From: Malacoraja senta
Lineage: Eukaryota
Assembly: GCA_038087875.1 (NCBI GenBank)
Contig: CM075990.1
Coordinates: 14,448,001-14,512,000 of the forward strand
Length of the DNA: 64,000 bases
Direction of reading: 5' to 3'
Position 1 is the first letter of the stretch; each line of letters begins with the position of its first letter. The notes below the pieces were generated by a model that had not been told where the DNA came from, searched no databases, and saw nothing but the letters and a program-made list of their open reading frames with translations. Both the position numbers and the translations under genes were made by a program. Of this stretch, positions 12,587 to 24,784 are shown one piece after another.

Positions 12587-15500
12587 TCAACTACCCTCTG
12601 TGGCAGAGAGTTCCAGAGATTCACCACTCTCTGTGAAAAAGTTTTTTCTCATCTCGGTCTTAAAGGATTTCCCCCTTATCCTTAAGCTGTGACCCCTTGT
12701 CCTGGACTTCCCCAACATCGGGAACAATCTTCCCGCATCTAGCCTGTCCAACCCCATAAGAATTTTGTACGTTTCTATAAGATCCCCTCTCAATCTCCTA
12801 AATTCTAGCGAGTATAAGCCAAGTCTATCCTGTCTTTCTTCATATGAAAGTCCTGACATCCCAGGAATCAGTCTGGTGAACCTTCTCTGCACTCCCTCTA
12901 TGGCTATAATGTCCTTCCTCAGATTTGGAGACCAAAACTGTACGCAATACACCAGGTGTGGTCTCACCAAGACCCTGTACAACTGCAGTAGAACCTCCCT
13001 GCTCCTATACTCAAATCCTTTTGCTATGAAAGCTAACATACCATTCACTTACTTCACTGCCTGCTGCACCTGCATGCCTACTTTCAATGACTGGTGTACC
13101 ATGACACCCAGGTCTCGCTGCATCTCCCCTTTTCCTAATCGGCCACCATTTAGATAATAGTCTGCTTTCCTGTTTTTGCCACCAAAGTGGATAACCTCAC
13201 ATTTATCCACATTATACTGCATCTGCCAAACATTTGCCCACTCACCCAGCCTATCCAAGTCACCTTGCAGTATCCTAGCATCCTCCTCACAGCTAACACT
13301 GCCCCCCAGCTTAGTGTCATCTGCAAACTTGGAGATGTTGCCTTCAATTCCCTCATCCAGATCATTAATATAAATTGTAAATAGCTGGGGTCCCAGCACT
13401 GAGCCTTGCGGTACCCCACTAGTCACTGCCTGCCATTGTGAAAAGGACCCGTTTACTCCTACTCTTTGCTTCCTGTTTGCCAGCCAGTTCTCTATCCACA
13501 TCAATTCTGAACCCCCAATACCGTGTGCTTTAAGTTTGTATCCTAATCTCTTATGTGGGACCTTGTCGAAAGCCTTCTGAAAGTCCAGATACAACACATC
13601 CACTGGTTCTCCCCTATCCACTCTACTAGTTACATCCTCAAAAAATTCTATAAGATTCGTCAGACATGATTTACCTTTCGTAAATCCATGCTGACTTTGT
13701 CCAATGATTTCACCACTTTCCAAATGTGCTGCTATCCCATCTTTAATAACTGACTCTAGCAGTTTCCCCACTACCGATGTTAGACTAACTGGTCTGTAAT
13801 TCCCCGTTTTCTCTCTCCCTCCCTTCTTAAAAAGTGGGGTTACGTTTGCTACCCTCCAATCCTCAGGAACTACTCCAGAATCTAAAGAGTTTTGAAAAAT
13901 TATCACCAATGCATCCACTATTTCTGGAGCTACTTCCTTAAGTACTCTGGGATGCAGCCTATCTGGCCCTGGTGATTTATCGGCCTTTAATCTATTCAAT
14001 TTACCCAACACCACTTCCCGACTAACCTGGATTTCACTCAGTTCCTCCATCTCCTTTGACCCGCGGTCCCCTGCTATTTCCGGCAGATTATTTATGTCTT
14101 CCTTAGTGAAGACGGAACCAAAGTAGTTATTCAATTGGTCCGCCATATCCTTGTTCCCCATGATCAATTCGCCTGTTTCTGACTGCAAGGGACCTACATT
14201 TGTTTTAACTAATCTCTTTCGCTTCACATATCTATAAAAACTTTTGCAGTCAGTTTTTATGTTCCCTGCCAGTTTTCTTTCATAATCTATTTTCCCTTTC
14301 CTAATTAAGCCCTTTGTCCTCCTCTGCTGGTCTCTGAATTTCTCCCAGTCCTCTGGTATGCTGCTTTTTCTGGCTAATTTGTACGCATCATCTTTTGCTT
14401 TGATACTATCCCTGATTTCCCTTGTTATCCACGGATGCACTACCTTCCCTGATTTATTCTTTTGCCAAACTGGGATGAACAATTTTTGTAGTTCATCCAT
14501 GCAGTCTTTAAATGCCTTCCATTGCATATCCACCGTCAACCCTTTTAGAACTAATTGCCAGTCAATCTTGGCCAATTCACGTCTCATACCCTCAAAGTTA
14601 CCTTTCTTTAAGTTCAGAACCGTTGTTTCTGAATTAACAATGTCACTCTCCATCCTAATGAAGAACTCAACCATATTATGGTCACTCTTGCCCAAGGGGG
14701 CACGCACAACAAGACTGCTAACTAACCCTTCCTCATTACTCAATACCCAGTCTAGAATAGCCTGCTCTCTCGTTGGTTCCTCTACATGTTGGTTTAGATA
14801 ACTATCCCGCATACATTCCAAGAAATCCTCTTCCTCAGCAACCCTGCCAATTTGATTCACCCAATCTATATGTAGATTGAAGTCACCCATTATAACTGTT
14901 TTGCCTTTGTTGCACGCATTTCTAATTTCCTGTTTGATGCCATCCCCAACTTCACTACTACTGCTAGGTGGCCTGTACACAATACCCACCAGCGTTTTCT
15001 GCCCCTTAGTGTTTCGCAGCTCTACCCATACCGATTCCACATCCTCCAAGCTAATGTCCTTCCTTTCCACTGCGTTAATCTCCTCTCTAAGCAGCAACGC
15101 TACTCCACCACCTTTTCCTTTCTCTCTATCCCTCCTGAATATTGAATATCCCTGGATGTTCAGCTCCCAGCCTTGGTCACCCTGGAGCCATGTCTCCATG
15201 ATCCCAACTATATCATAATCATTAATAGCTATCTGCACGTTCAACTCATCCACCTTATTACGAATGCTCCTTGCATTGAGACACAAAGCCTTCAGGCTTG
15301 TTTTTACAACGCTCTTACCCCTTATACAATTATGTTGAAAAGTGGCCCTTTTTGATTTTTGCCCTGGATTTGTCTGCCTGCCACTTTTACTTTTCACCTT
15401 GCTACCTATTGCTTCCGCCCGCATTTTACACCCCTCTGTTTCTCTGCTCACCCATTTAAGAACCCCACCACCTCTTATTCTCTGTTTATTATTGTTTTCT

Positions 15501-15600
15501 TCTTTCCCCCCTACATGTTGGGTCTGAGTGCTTTCCTTCTCTGCCTCCTGCCTCACGCACTGTCTAATAGCTTTCTCTATTTGAGTCCCTCCCCCCAACC
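12587..15600 (-). pseudogene. CR1 ORF2 (APE endonuclease + reverse transcriptase), inactivated
   Basis: Motifs [57 protein letters not shown] premature TAA at 13049-13051 replaces the K codon seen in the related copy at about 59440 (AVKKANG). There is also a frameshift near 12630. Confidence 0.92.
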
Positions 15601-15603
15601 ATT

Positions 15604-16761
15604 CTAGTTTAAAGTCTCCCCAGTAGCCTTTGCAGATCTCCCCGCCAGGATATCGGTCCCCCTCAGGTTCAAGTGCAACCGATCCTTTTTGTACAGGTCG
15701 CACCTTCCACAAAAGAGGTCCCAATGATCCAGAAATTTGAATCCCTGCCCTCTGCACCAGTCCTTCAGCCACGCATTTATCCTCCACCTCGCTCCATTCC
15801 TACTCTCACTGTCGCGTGGCACAGGCAGTAATCCCGAGATTGTTACCTTTGCTGTCCTACTCTTTAACTCCCCTCCTAACTCCCTAAATTCTCCTTTCAG
15901 GACCTCTTCTCTTTTTTTACCTATGTCATTGGTACCTATATGTACCACGACCTCGGGCTCCTCTCCCTCCCCTTTCAGGATATCTTGGACACGTTGAGAC
16001 ACATCACAGACCCTGGCACCAGGGAGGCAAACTACCATCCAGGTCTCCCGACTGCATCCACAGAATCGCCTGTCTGACCCCCTAACTATAGAGTCCCCTA
16101 TTAGTATTGCCCTCCTCTTCTTTTCCTTACCCTTCTGAGCAACAGGACTGGTCTCTGTACCGGAGGCCCGGCCGCTGTCGCTACCCCCAGGTAGGCTGTC
16201 CCCCCCAACAGTGCTCAAACAGGAGTACTTATTGTCAAGGTGTACAGCCACCGGGGTACTCTCTAGTCCCTGCCTGTGCCCCTTGCCTCTCCCAACTGTG
16301 ATCCACTTACCTGCCTCCTGTGGTGTTGGAGTGACCACCTCCCTGTAACTCCTCTCAATGACTTCCTCGCTCTCCCTGACCAGACGGAGGTCATCGAGCT
16401 GCTGCTCCAGGTTCCTAATACGGTCCCTTAGGAGCCCCATCTCGATACACCTGGCGCAGATGTGGACGTCTGGAGGGCTATCAGACTCCATGACTTCCCA
16501 CATCTGACATCCAGAACAGTAAGCTGCCCTGGCCTTCATACTCCCCTTACCCTGGATACAATACATCTGACATCCAGAACAGTAAACTGCCCTGGCCCTC
16601 ATACTCCCCTTACCCTGGATACAATACATCTGACATCCAGAACAGTAAACTGCCCTGGCCCTCATACTCCCCTTACCCTGGATACAATACATCTGACATC
16701 CAGAACAGTAAACTGCCCTGACCCTCATACTCCCCTTACCCTGGCCCTCATTCTCCCTCAT
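15604..16761 (-). CDS. CR1 ORF1p: CxxC zinc finger, coiled coil, SGNH/GDSL esterase domain
   Basis: CSGC...HICARC, LRDRIRNLEQQLDDL coiled coil, and esterase blocks LIGDSIVR, CLPGA, HIGTND, DRLHL. The frame is open for 385 aa. Confidence 0.9.
   Translation of the reverse strand: MRENEGQGKGSMRVRAVYCSGCQMYCIQGKGSMRARAVYCSGCQMYCIQGKGSMRARAVYCSGCQMYCIQGKGSMKARAAYCSGCQMWEVMESDSPPDVHICARCIEMGLLRDRIRNLEQQLDDLRLVRESEEVIERSYREVVTPTPQEAGKWITVGRGKGHRQGLESTPVAVHLDNKYSCLSTVGGDSLPGGSDSGRASGTETSPVAQKGKEKKRRAILIGDSIVRGSDRRFCGCSRETWMVVCLPGARVCDVSQRVQDILKGEGEEPEVVVHIGTNDIGKKREEVLKGEFRELGGELKSRTAKVTISGLLPVPRDSESRNGARWRINAWLKDWCRGQGFKFLDHWDLFCGRCDLYKKDRLHLNLRGTDILAGRSAKATGETLN
16501..16752. repeat. 63-bp in-frame tandem repeat (about 4 units) at the ORF1 start
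   Basis: Units start at 16501, 16564, 16627 and 16690. On the minus strand they translate as (QGKGSMRARAVYCSGCQMYCI)n. Confidence 0.95.
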
Positions 16762-17291
16762 ACTCCCCTTACCCTAGGGTACAATACAAAACAAACTGCT
16801 ACAATACAATACAATCAGCAGGGATCTGACTCCCAATCAGCTGCTCCCTCTTGTCTGCTTCCACCAATCAGCGGCTTCCTCAAGCCCGCTTGTTTTTGAA
16901 GTGCGAGTGGAACTTGGAACGTTACAGATTTCGCTTCCTCCTCCCTCTGCGACCGCTCCAACGGCTCTCGGGCCTCTGTAAGAAGCAAGCCCCGCGCTCC
17001 ACTTTAACTCCTACCGCTCGGGTGTAGCTGCTCCCTCTGTGACCGACCTCTCCAACGGCTCTCGAGCCTCCAATCAGGCAATCATGTACAGTCTAGTTTA
17101 CACGTATTGTAATCATGTATAGACTTTTTTTTGACTAGATACCATGCAAGCAAAGGCTTTTCATGAACCTCAGAAGCAACTGAGAAGTTTTCGGCAATTG
17201 AATTTACATTACATTTTTGTCATTTGAAAATGCAGCTTAATGAAACTTATTTACTGTTGTGGCCTTACCTTGTACTCCTTTTCCTCCATAG

Positions 17292-17363
17292 ATTTGACCA
17301 AAGGACTTTAAGGAGGAGCTTTCAGACTTGGGGACTTATGCAACTTATCAAATAAAGCACAAG
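17292..17363 (+). other. candidate non-coding 5' UTR exon of the elongase gene
   Basis: Pyrimidine tract and acceptor (ctcctttt cctccatag), donor AAG|GTAACT, and stops in all three frames. The acceptor 9 nt before the elongase ATG requires an upstream exon. Confidence 0.35.
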
Positions 17364-17939
17364 GTAACTAGAAAGAAGGGATCAAAAACATTTAATTGTG
17401 AAGAAAATCGTGGTGCAGCAGTAGAGTTGCTGCCGAACAGCACCAGAGACCCGGGTTTGATCCTGGCTACGGGTGCTGTCTGTACAGAGTTTGGATGTTC
17501 TCCTTGTGACCACGTGGGTTTTCATCGAGATCTTCAGTTTTCTCACAGACTCCAAAGACGTAGAGTTTTGTAGGTTAATTGGCTTCAGTAAAGATTGTAA
17601 AATTGTTCCAGTATGTCGGATAGTGCGAGTGTACGTGGTCTGCACAGACTCGGTGGGCCCAAGGGCCTAAACCAAACTAAAGAAGAAGGAATTTAAACTT
17701 TCTCGTTGAGAAAGGCCTGCTGTTTGATTGTAAATTCTGACAATTCACTTTGCCAGTTCTTGAAAAAGGAATTATAATTGGCTGCAGTTAATCCACAAAG
17801 GTTATAAGATAAATCCTACAACATCATCTTTGGTGTCTTATTTAACAGCATACTGAATACTGTAACCCTAACCGCAGTGTTGCTGCGTGGTCAAGTGGGG
17901 CTGTGTAGAAGGTTAGGATTTTGATGCAGGATCTGATAG

Positions 17940-18705
17940 TGTAGGAAGGAACCGCAGATGCTGATTTAAACCGAAGAAAGACACGAAAAGCTGGAGTAAC
18001 TCAGCGGGACAGTCAGCATCTCTGGAGAGAAGGAATGGGTGACGTTTCGTGTCGAGACCCTTCTTCAGACTGAGAGTAGGGGAAAGGGAAATGAGAGATA
18101 TAGAACGTGATGTCGACTCAGATGCAGAACAAATGAATGAAAGATATGCAAAAAAGTACGATGATAAAGGAAGTTGGCCATTGTTAGCTGTGGCCTCGGT
18201 GAAAACGGGTAAAGACAACGAGACTCAACAAGACGACTTTGAAGCTGGTACGACTTGGGCGGGGGGGAGGGATGGAGAGAGGGGGGATGCAAGGTTTACT
18301 TGAAGTTGGAGCAATCAATATTCAAACCACTGGGTTGTAAGATGTCCAAGTGAAATATGAGATGCTGTTCCTCCAATTTATGTTTCGACTCACTCTGACA
18401 ATGGGGGAGGCCTGGGTCAGAATGGTCAATGTGGGAAGGGGAATTAAAGTGTTTGGCAACCGGGTAGGTCCAGTCAGACTGAGCAGAGGTGTTCAGCGAA
18501 ACGATCGCCCAGTCTACATTTGGTCTCGCCGATGTGTAAGAGTCCACACCTTGAACAATGGATATAGTAGATGAGGTTGGAGGAAGTGCAAGTGAACCTC
18601 TGCCTAACCTGAGAGGACTGTCTCAACCTGAAACGTCATCTATTCCTTTTCTCCAGAGATGCTGTTTGACCCGCTGAGTTACTCCAGCTTTTTGTATCTT
18701 ATCTT
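17940..18705 (-). mobile_element. Penelope-like element 3' fragment with inverted terminal copy
   Basis: Degenerate GIY-YIG tail (VAKHFNSPSH..LEEQHLIF..QPSGLNID) at 18296-18600. An inverted copy of the terminus lies at 18621-18705. Confidence 0.8.
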
Positions 18706-19260
18706 CAGGATCTGATACTGCTGGGGATAACAAGCTAAAGCTTCCAATTCACAATGCTGGTGACTGGGGTGCAACTACTAGAGCCATTGCCTCACTGCTC
18801 CAAAGGCCCAGTTTGGATCCTGCCTCTGTGGAGTTTGCATGTTCTCATTGTGTGCGTTTCCTCTGGGATCTCCATTTTCTCCCTCATCCCAAAGACGTGT
18901 GGATTAGTAGATTGATTGATCAGTGTAATATATAGGTGGTAGAATCTGGGGATTGATGGGAAGGTGGGTGAGGAAGGAATTAAAACTAAAATAAACCATT
19001 GTGAATGCAATCAGTCTGCAGAAGGATCCCAACCCAAAATGTCACCTATTCATGTTATCCAGAGATGATGCTTGACCCACTGAATTACTCCAGCACTTTG
19101 TGTCCTTTTGCGTAAACTAACATCTGCAGTTCTATGTTTCTACATATAGGAAAAACTCAGTAGGTCTGGCCGTATCCATTGGAAAATTCTGAAGACGGGT
19201 CTCGACCCGAAACGTCACCCATTCCTTCTCTCCAGAGATGCTGCTGGTCACGCTGAGTTA

Positions 19261-19479
19261 AGGGCCTGTCCCAGTTTCCTGAGCTGCTCACGAATTCTCC
19301 CGGGTTTTCTCCTTGATTCAAACTCGGAGAATGTTCGTAACGGGTACGTAGGAGTTCGTAGATATATCGTAGCGGCTCGTTACGCCAGCCAGGTAAGTCG
19401 GGACGTTTTTTCGTCCCGTTGAAAAGTGTCCACGAGTAAAACAAATAGTCGGGATGACTCGTGAAGTGGGACAGGCCCT
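19261..19479. mobile_element. PIF/Harbinger-type MITE
   Basis: TIR AGGGCCTGTCCCA / TGGGACAGGCCCT, flanked by TTA and TAA, splitting a PLE terminal repeat. Confidence 0.8.
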
Positions 19480-19654
19480 TAAATCTAGCATTTTGTGCCC
19501 ATCTCCATTGAAAGAGACATAGGTTTCAGCCACAAAGTGATTTTTATGGGATTAATGTAAATTGTTAGCATCAACCTGGTTGGCCGAAGGCCCTGCTTAT
19601 GTGTTTTTAAGTCACTGTTGCTCATTATTTGCATTTGAATTTCAGCATCTTGCC

Positions 19655-19816
19655 ATGGAGAATGTGCAGACTGTTAGTCCGGAACCGACCACCAGATGGA
19701 GCGTCTTACTTCGGGTCCTGAATTTGCCGTCCATGCCACTGGCTTGCCTTTACCTGGCGATCATTTTCTTCTCATCATCCTGGCAGAGGTACACCAAACC
19801 CCTGGAGTTGCGGAAG
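19655..19816 (+). CDS. ELOVL-family fatty-acid elongase, coding exon 1 (54 aa, MENVQ...TKPLELRK)
   Basis: Kozak context gccATGG at 19655 and upstream acceptor ttcag (19641-19645). Encodes a hydrophobic helix (LACLYLAIIFF) followed by KPLELRK. Donor AAG|GTGAGA at 19816/19817 is phase 0 and joins exon 2 to give KPLELRK-ILLVYN, the typical ELO pre-TM2 motif. Confidence 0.85.
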
Positions 19817-20706
19817 GTGAGAACGTTGCTTGCTCATTCTCCCACTTCCAGCAGTCCGCCTGGTTCACAGTCGTGTCTGTCCCTTCCTCGCAGCGATGGA
19901 AAACAAGTTAATTTAATTTGGTCATATTTTGTGGACTGGCATTCTGATGAAATGAAGTTCGTGTGACAGCCAGGAATGTGATATGCAAAAACAATTATTT
20001 TACAGTCAGTCACAGGAAACATTGATGGAATATATTTGTTGCACTCTTGCATAAATTGAACATTCTTTGCTTTTGCACACCCCACATTGTCTTTGTTGGA
20101 TCATCTCTCTACAGCTGTGATAAATTGCATGGAATCTTTCGCTTGTTGAGTGGGTAACCTTGCTGGCCACTCTGTTCAATCCCAGTTATTGGCCAAACTG
20201 TGAAAGTAGCTACAAATCCTCGTGCATCCGCTGCCTGGGCATTTCTGACATTTGTTTCTAAAGTGGAACAAATTGTTCCTCTGGTGACTCATTGAGTGAG
20301 TAAAGGCAAACTGCGGGGGGAACTCAACGGGTCAAGCAGCATCCGTAGAGGCAGAGGGACAAAGAGAAAACGAAGAACTGCAGGTGCTGGTTTATACCAA
20401 AGATAGACAAAGCGATGGAGTAACTCAGCAGGTCAGGCAGCATCTCTGGAGAAATCGGATGGGTGTCATTTCTCTTAGTAGTCTGAGGAAGAGTCCCGAT
20501 CTGATACATCACCCATCCTTTTTCTCCAGAGATGCTGCCTGACCTGCTGAGTTACTCCAGCACCTTGTGTCAATTTGAGGCAGAGGGATAGGCAGGCCTG
20601 ATGCAGGGTCCTGACCTGAAATGACGACTATTCCCTCTGCCTCTACACATGCTGTTTGGCTGCTGAGTTCCTCCAGCAGTTTGTTTCCAGCACCTGCATT
20701 CTCTCT

Positions 20707-21855
20707 CAAGTTCAAGTTCAAGTTTGTGTTTATTGTCATTAATCCAACTACGGTACAGCAAAATTTGAGTTACCATACAGCCCATACTAGTGAAAAGCAA
20801 CAATATCATTTACCACAGTGTAACATAAACATCCACCACAGTGCAATCCACATTCCTTAAGGGTTTGCGGTCATCGGCGGTGAAGCGCGGCGTCGCCGGA
20901 AGAGGGGACCGCACGGCAACCACGAGAGCGCCGCACGGATGCTGCGCAGGGGGCCGAGTGCTCTCCGTACGGCCGGTTCCACGAGCTTGCGGCGTCGGGT
21001 GATGACGTCATCACGCAACGCGCTACGCGATGACGTCTTTCGGATCGCGGGGCTGTGGCGGCGGCCGTGCCGCACACGTGCCTCACTGGCGGCTGTGGCG
21101 GCGGCCGTGCCGCACACGTGCCTCACTGGCGGCGGCTGTGCGGTAAGAAATTAGTTTTAGACAGTGTTGATTTTTTGTGAGCACCGTGCGGTGTTGGGAC
21201 CAACGGCGCACGGCCTCGGCAGTGTGCGTTTGACCGAACCCGTGGTCTCTGGCGGTCCACGAGCGGTAGATACTTCCTGTATCACCGCCAATGACCCGCA
21301 GACTCGTGAGACAGGCCTTTTACTGTGATGGAAGGCAATAAAGTTCAGTCATCTTCCTCCTTTAGTCACCCGTGGTGGTCAGGGCCTTTGATCCCTCGGC
21401 AGTCGCCGCTGCCGACGGTCCAATGTCCGAAGCCCTTGCGTCGGGATGGATCGGAACACTCCGCGGCATGCAGCTCCCGAGTCGGCGGCTTCACGGTGTT
21501 AAAGTCCACGGGACCCGCGGTTGGAACGCTTTCGCTGGCGATCCACGGCAAAGGATTGCCCCCTCCATGATGGTAAATCCGTGCCGCACCCGCGGCTTAA
21601 AGCTCCGGGTCGGTCCCCAGGAAAGGCGGCGCCGCTCCACGTTCTTAGGCCGCAGGGGGGAAGGAGACGCGAAACGGAAAAAGAATGCATCTCCGTCGAG
21701 GTGAGTGGCTGAAATAAGTTTTCCCCCGATCCCCCCACAAAGAACATACCAAGAAACACTAAAACATACACTTAAGACACACTCAAAATAACAAAAACCG
21801 AGAAGGGACGGGACAGGCTGTTGGCGAGGCAGCCATTATGGGCACCACCCGGTGG
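20707..21855 (-). mobile_element. non-autonomous LINE-derived (probably Rex-like) element with nested MITE
   Basis: On the minus strand there is an aataaa followed by a (cttgaa)n tail at 20707-20735, and a GC-rich 5' end near 21855. Interrupted at 20860-21318. Confidence 0.45.
20860..21318. mobile_element. GC-rich MITE, relative of 50806-51356
   Basis: Right end is gagacaggcct; the left TIR is partly deleted; internal sequence is shared with the 50806 copy. Confidence 0.7.
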
Positions 21856-22619
21856 CACCCTGTATCTCCAACCATTTTGCTAGTTGGTTTATATCTGAGT
21901 GGTGGCTTCAACATGAAATCATCAGTGAGTTCACAACTGGGATGAAATTGAACCAGAGTGAAATCTCACAGTGAAGCAATAATCTTTGTTCAGATAATGT
22001 CCAACACTACTGTCCCCTGAAGCTGCAGTTATACTGTCTGCCTGCACAACTGCTGCAGTCGGGAGAAAATCAGCTGGACTCATTACATTAATAACACGTT
22101 AAACAGAAGAGTCGGTCGCTTACTGCCATCAAAAATTCAAAGATCGGGACCTGTCTGCTTTCCGGTAAAATTACATTTAAAACATTGGTAGGCAATCTTG
22201 CCCAGTAACGGATTGGGACAGAGCAAGCCAGAAGAAATGGGATCGTCACAAAATGCTGGAGTAACTCAGCGGGACAGGCAGCATCTCTGGATGGAAGGAA
22301 TGGGTGGCGTTTCGGGTCGATCTTTATGTCTATCTTTGGTGCAAACCAGCATCTGCAGTTCCTTCCTACACAGAAAAAATTGGACATGTACCTGGACCAC
22401 TGCACATGGCTTGGGTATCAGTGCTGAACATCTGCAGATACAACCACTAGCTGTCTCGCAACTTCCTAACTTCAAAACTCCACCTTGCCCCTCAGACTGC
22501 CAATAGACTGCCTGGCACTGTGTAATAAAAAGCCTCAGTACTCTGATAACTGCCCCTTGACCTTTAGCCCACAGAGTCCGCACCGACTAGCGATCCCCGC
22601 ACATTAACGCTATCCTACA

Positions 22620-22795
22620 CAGGCACGGAAATCGCTATCAAAACATGGGACGGACCGGGGGACACAATTTATTGGCGGCCGCGCGCGAATGCGTGCACAC
22701 GCACACACACGCACACACACACACACAAACACACACGCACGCACACACACGCACACACACACACACGCGCACACACATACACACACGCACGCACG

Positions 22796-22835
<40 letters not shown>

Positions 22836-22955
22836 CAAAAACACACACACACAAAAACACACACACATACACACACAAACACGCACGCATGCACGCACAC
22901 ACACACACGTGCACACACACACACACACACGTGCACACACACACACACACACACG

Positions 22956-22998
<43 letters not shown>

Positions 22999-23023
22999 GC
23001 ACGCACGCACGCACGCACGCACA

Positions 23024-23118
<95 letters not shown>

Positions 23119-23947
23119 ACACACACACACGGATTCGGAGGCTTCAGCCGTGGGCCCTATGGACGGTAATTAGTGACGGGTGCCAGCAGTCGCCGAAAAA
23201 AGGCCCACAGCCAGCGTGGAGAAGCAGCGCTAAATGCAGCTCAACTCTGCCTGTGTCGCCGGGTTAACCTACAGCCCTGCCTGGACTGACGGGACACCAG
23301 TCCGGAGCCGTGGAGCTAGCTCTGCTTCTCTGCGCTGGTTGTAAACCTGGGCCATCGTTGGCAGGCAGAGTTGAGCTGGGTTTAACGCTGCTTCTCTGCG
23401 CTGGCTGTGGGCCTGGGGGCACCACTCCATGTGTGTGTGTGTGGGGGGGGGGTTATCGGGTGGGGACGGGGATGGTCCAGTGGTGGTTTGGCGGCGATTG
23501 CAGCACCGGAGACCCAGGATCGATCCTGGCTGCAGATGAGGCGCAGGTCTGTGTCCAGGGCTGCCGAGAGTGTTTTTCGCTTGACCTGGGCATGCAGATC
23601 AAGCTCCGCTCTGATCTTTGCTCCACGGACGTCTCCCTCCTCCAATCACCGCGCTCTATCCTCAATCCCACCCCCCTACTTCCGCCTCTGACCGGCACCT
23701 CCCTCCTCCAATCATCGCGCTGAATTATCATGGTCCCCATTGCCTGCTGACCGACGTCTCTCTCGTCCAATCGGCGCCCTCAGTCAGCAGTCCCACCCCC
23801 ACTGTCTGGCGGAAAGCGGAGATTTCACCGGGTTTTAAAATCCGGATTATAAAAAATGGGGGGATCGTCCCCCACCTCTCAAAACAGAGAGGGGGGGGGG
23901 GAACGTGTCCCCCCCTGGCCCCCCCCCCCCTGGGATTTCTGCCCCTG
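22620..23947. mobile_element. non-autonomous hAT-type DNA transposon inserted in a SINE
   Basis: 8-bp TSD ATCCTACA at 22612-22619 and 23948-23955. Imperfect TIRs CAGGCACGGAAATC / GATTTCTGCCCCTG. The SINE resumes after the TSD. Confidence 0.85.
22690..23130. repeat. compound (CA)n/(CACG)n microsatellite inside the hAT element
   Basis: About 440 bp of alternating purine-pyrimidine repeat. Confidence 0.98.
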
Positions 23948-24784
23948 ATCCTACACACACTGGGGACAATTTATACTTATACCAAGCCAATTAACCTACA
24001 AACCTGCACGTCTTTGAAGTGTGGGAGGAAACCGAAGCTCGCGGAGAAAACCCACGTGGAGAACGTCCAAACTCCACACAGACAGCACCCGTAGTCGGGA
24101 TCGAACCCGGGTCTCTGGCGCTGTAAGCACTGTAAGGCAGCGACTCTACTGCCGTGCTGCCACTTAAAGTTATCTGATCATTATCACATATTTTGCTGTG
24201 CTCAAATTGGCTTCTGATTTGATCCCCCAAGGCTCATTCAGGACTGGGTGTCATTGCTCTCGTGTTAACGCATTAACGAGTGGAGATATATTTTGAATTT
24301 GATCATGGTTACAATTTGAAATTTCATCTTCTCCATATTTTCCTTTAACAGTACAAAAGATGGCACAGTGGTGCAGATAGTAGAGCTGCTGCCTCACAGT
24401 GCCAGAGACCCGGGTTCGATCCTGACCTCGGCTGCTGTCTGTGGCGTTTTCACATTTTCCCTGTGACCGTATGGGTTTCCTCCCACATCCCAAAGACTTG
24501 TGGGTTTGCAGGGTATTGGGCCTTTAAATTGCCCCTGGTGTGTAGCGAGTGGATGAGAAAGTTGGATAACATAGAACTAGTATGATGGTCGGGTGATCGA
24601 TGGTTGGAATGGACTCGGTGGGCCGAATGGTGTGTTTAAATGCTATACCTTTCAATCAGTTAAGACATTCAAGCAATTAAACAATTCCCATTTTGCCTCT
24701 CAGACTCACATGGGATTGCCTGGTACAGTAAAATAAAAAAGCCCCAGTATTTTAATAACTGCCCCTTGACTTGTCATTTAATGT

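Larger units (their letters stand above)
12398..17070 (-). mobile_element. near full-length CR1-clade LINE
   Basis: Has ORF1, ORF2 (APE endonuclease + RT), an 8-bp-repeat 3' tail (catagata/catagaaa on +) and a GC-rich 5' UTR. The interrupted host Rex-like sequence (ctcttctcccct...atcaggcaa) appears to resume at about 17072. Confidence 0.95.

Noticed and set aside
13049..15787. Active autonomous CR1
   Set aside because: A premature stop at 13049-13051 and a frameshift near 12630 truncate ORF2.
16501..16752. Regularly spaced repeats suggesting a CRISPR array
   Set aside because: The units are contiguous with no unique spacers, lie inside CR1 ORF1, and the context is eukaryotic with no cas genes.
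19562..19966. 134-aa ORF as a standalone gene
   Set aside because: Only 19655-19816 is supported; the flanks are read-through beyond the splice sites.
22610..23267. Long Cys/Val-rich and His/Thr-rich ORFs on both strands
   Set aside because: They are translations of the (CA)n/(CACG)n microsatellite.
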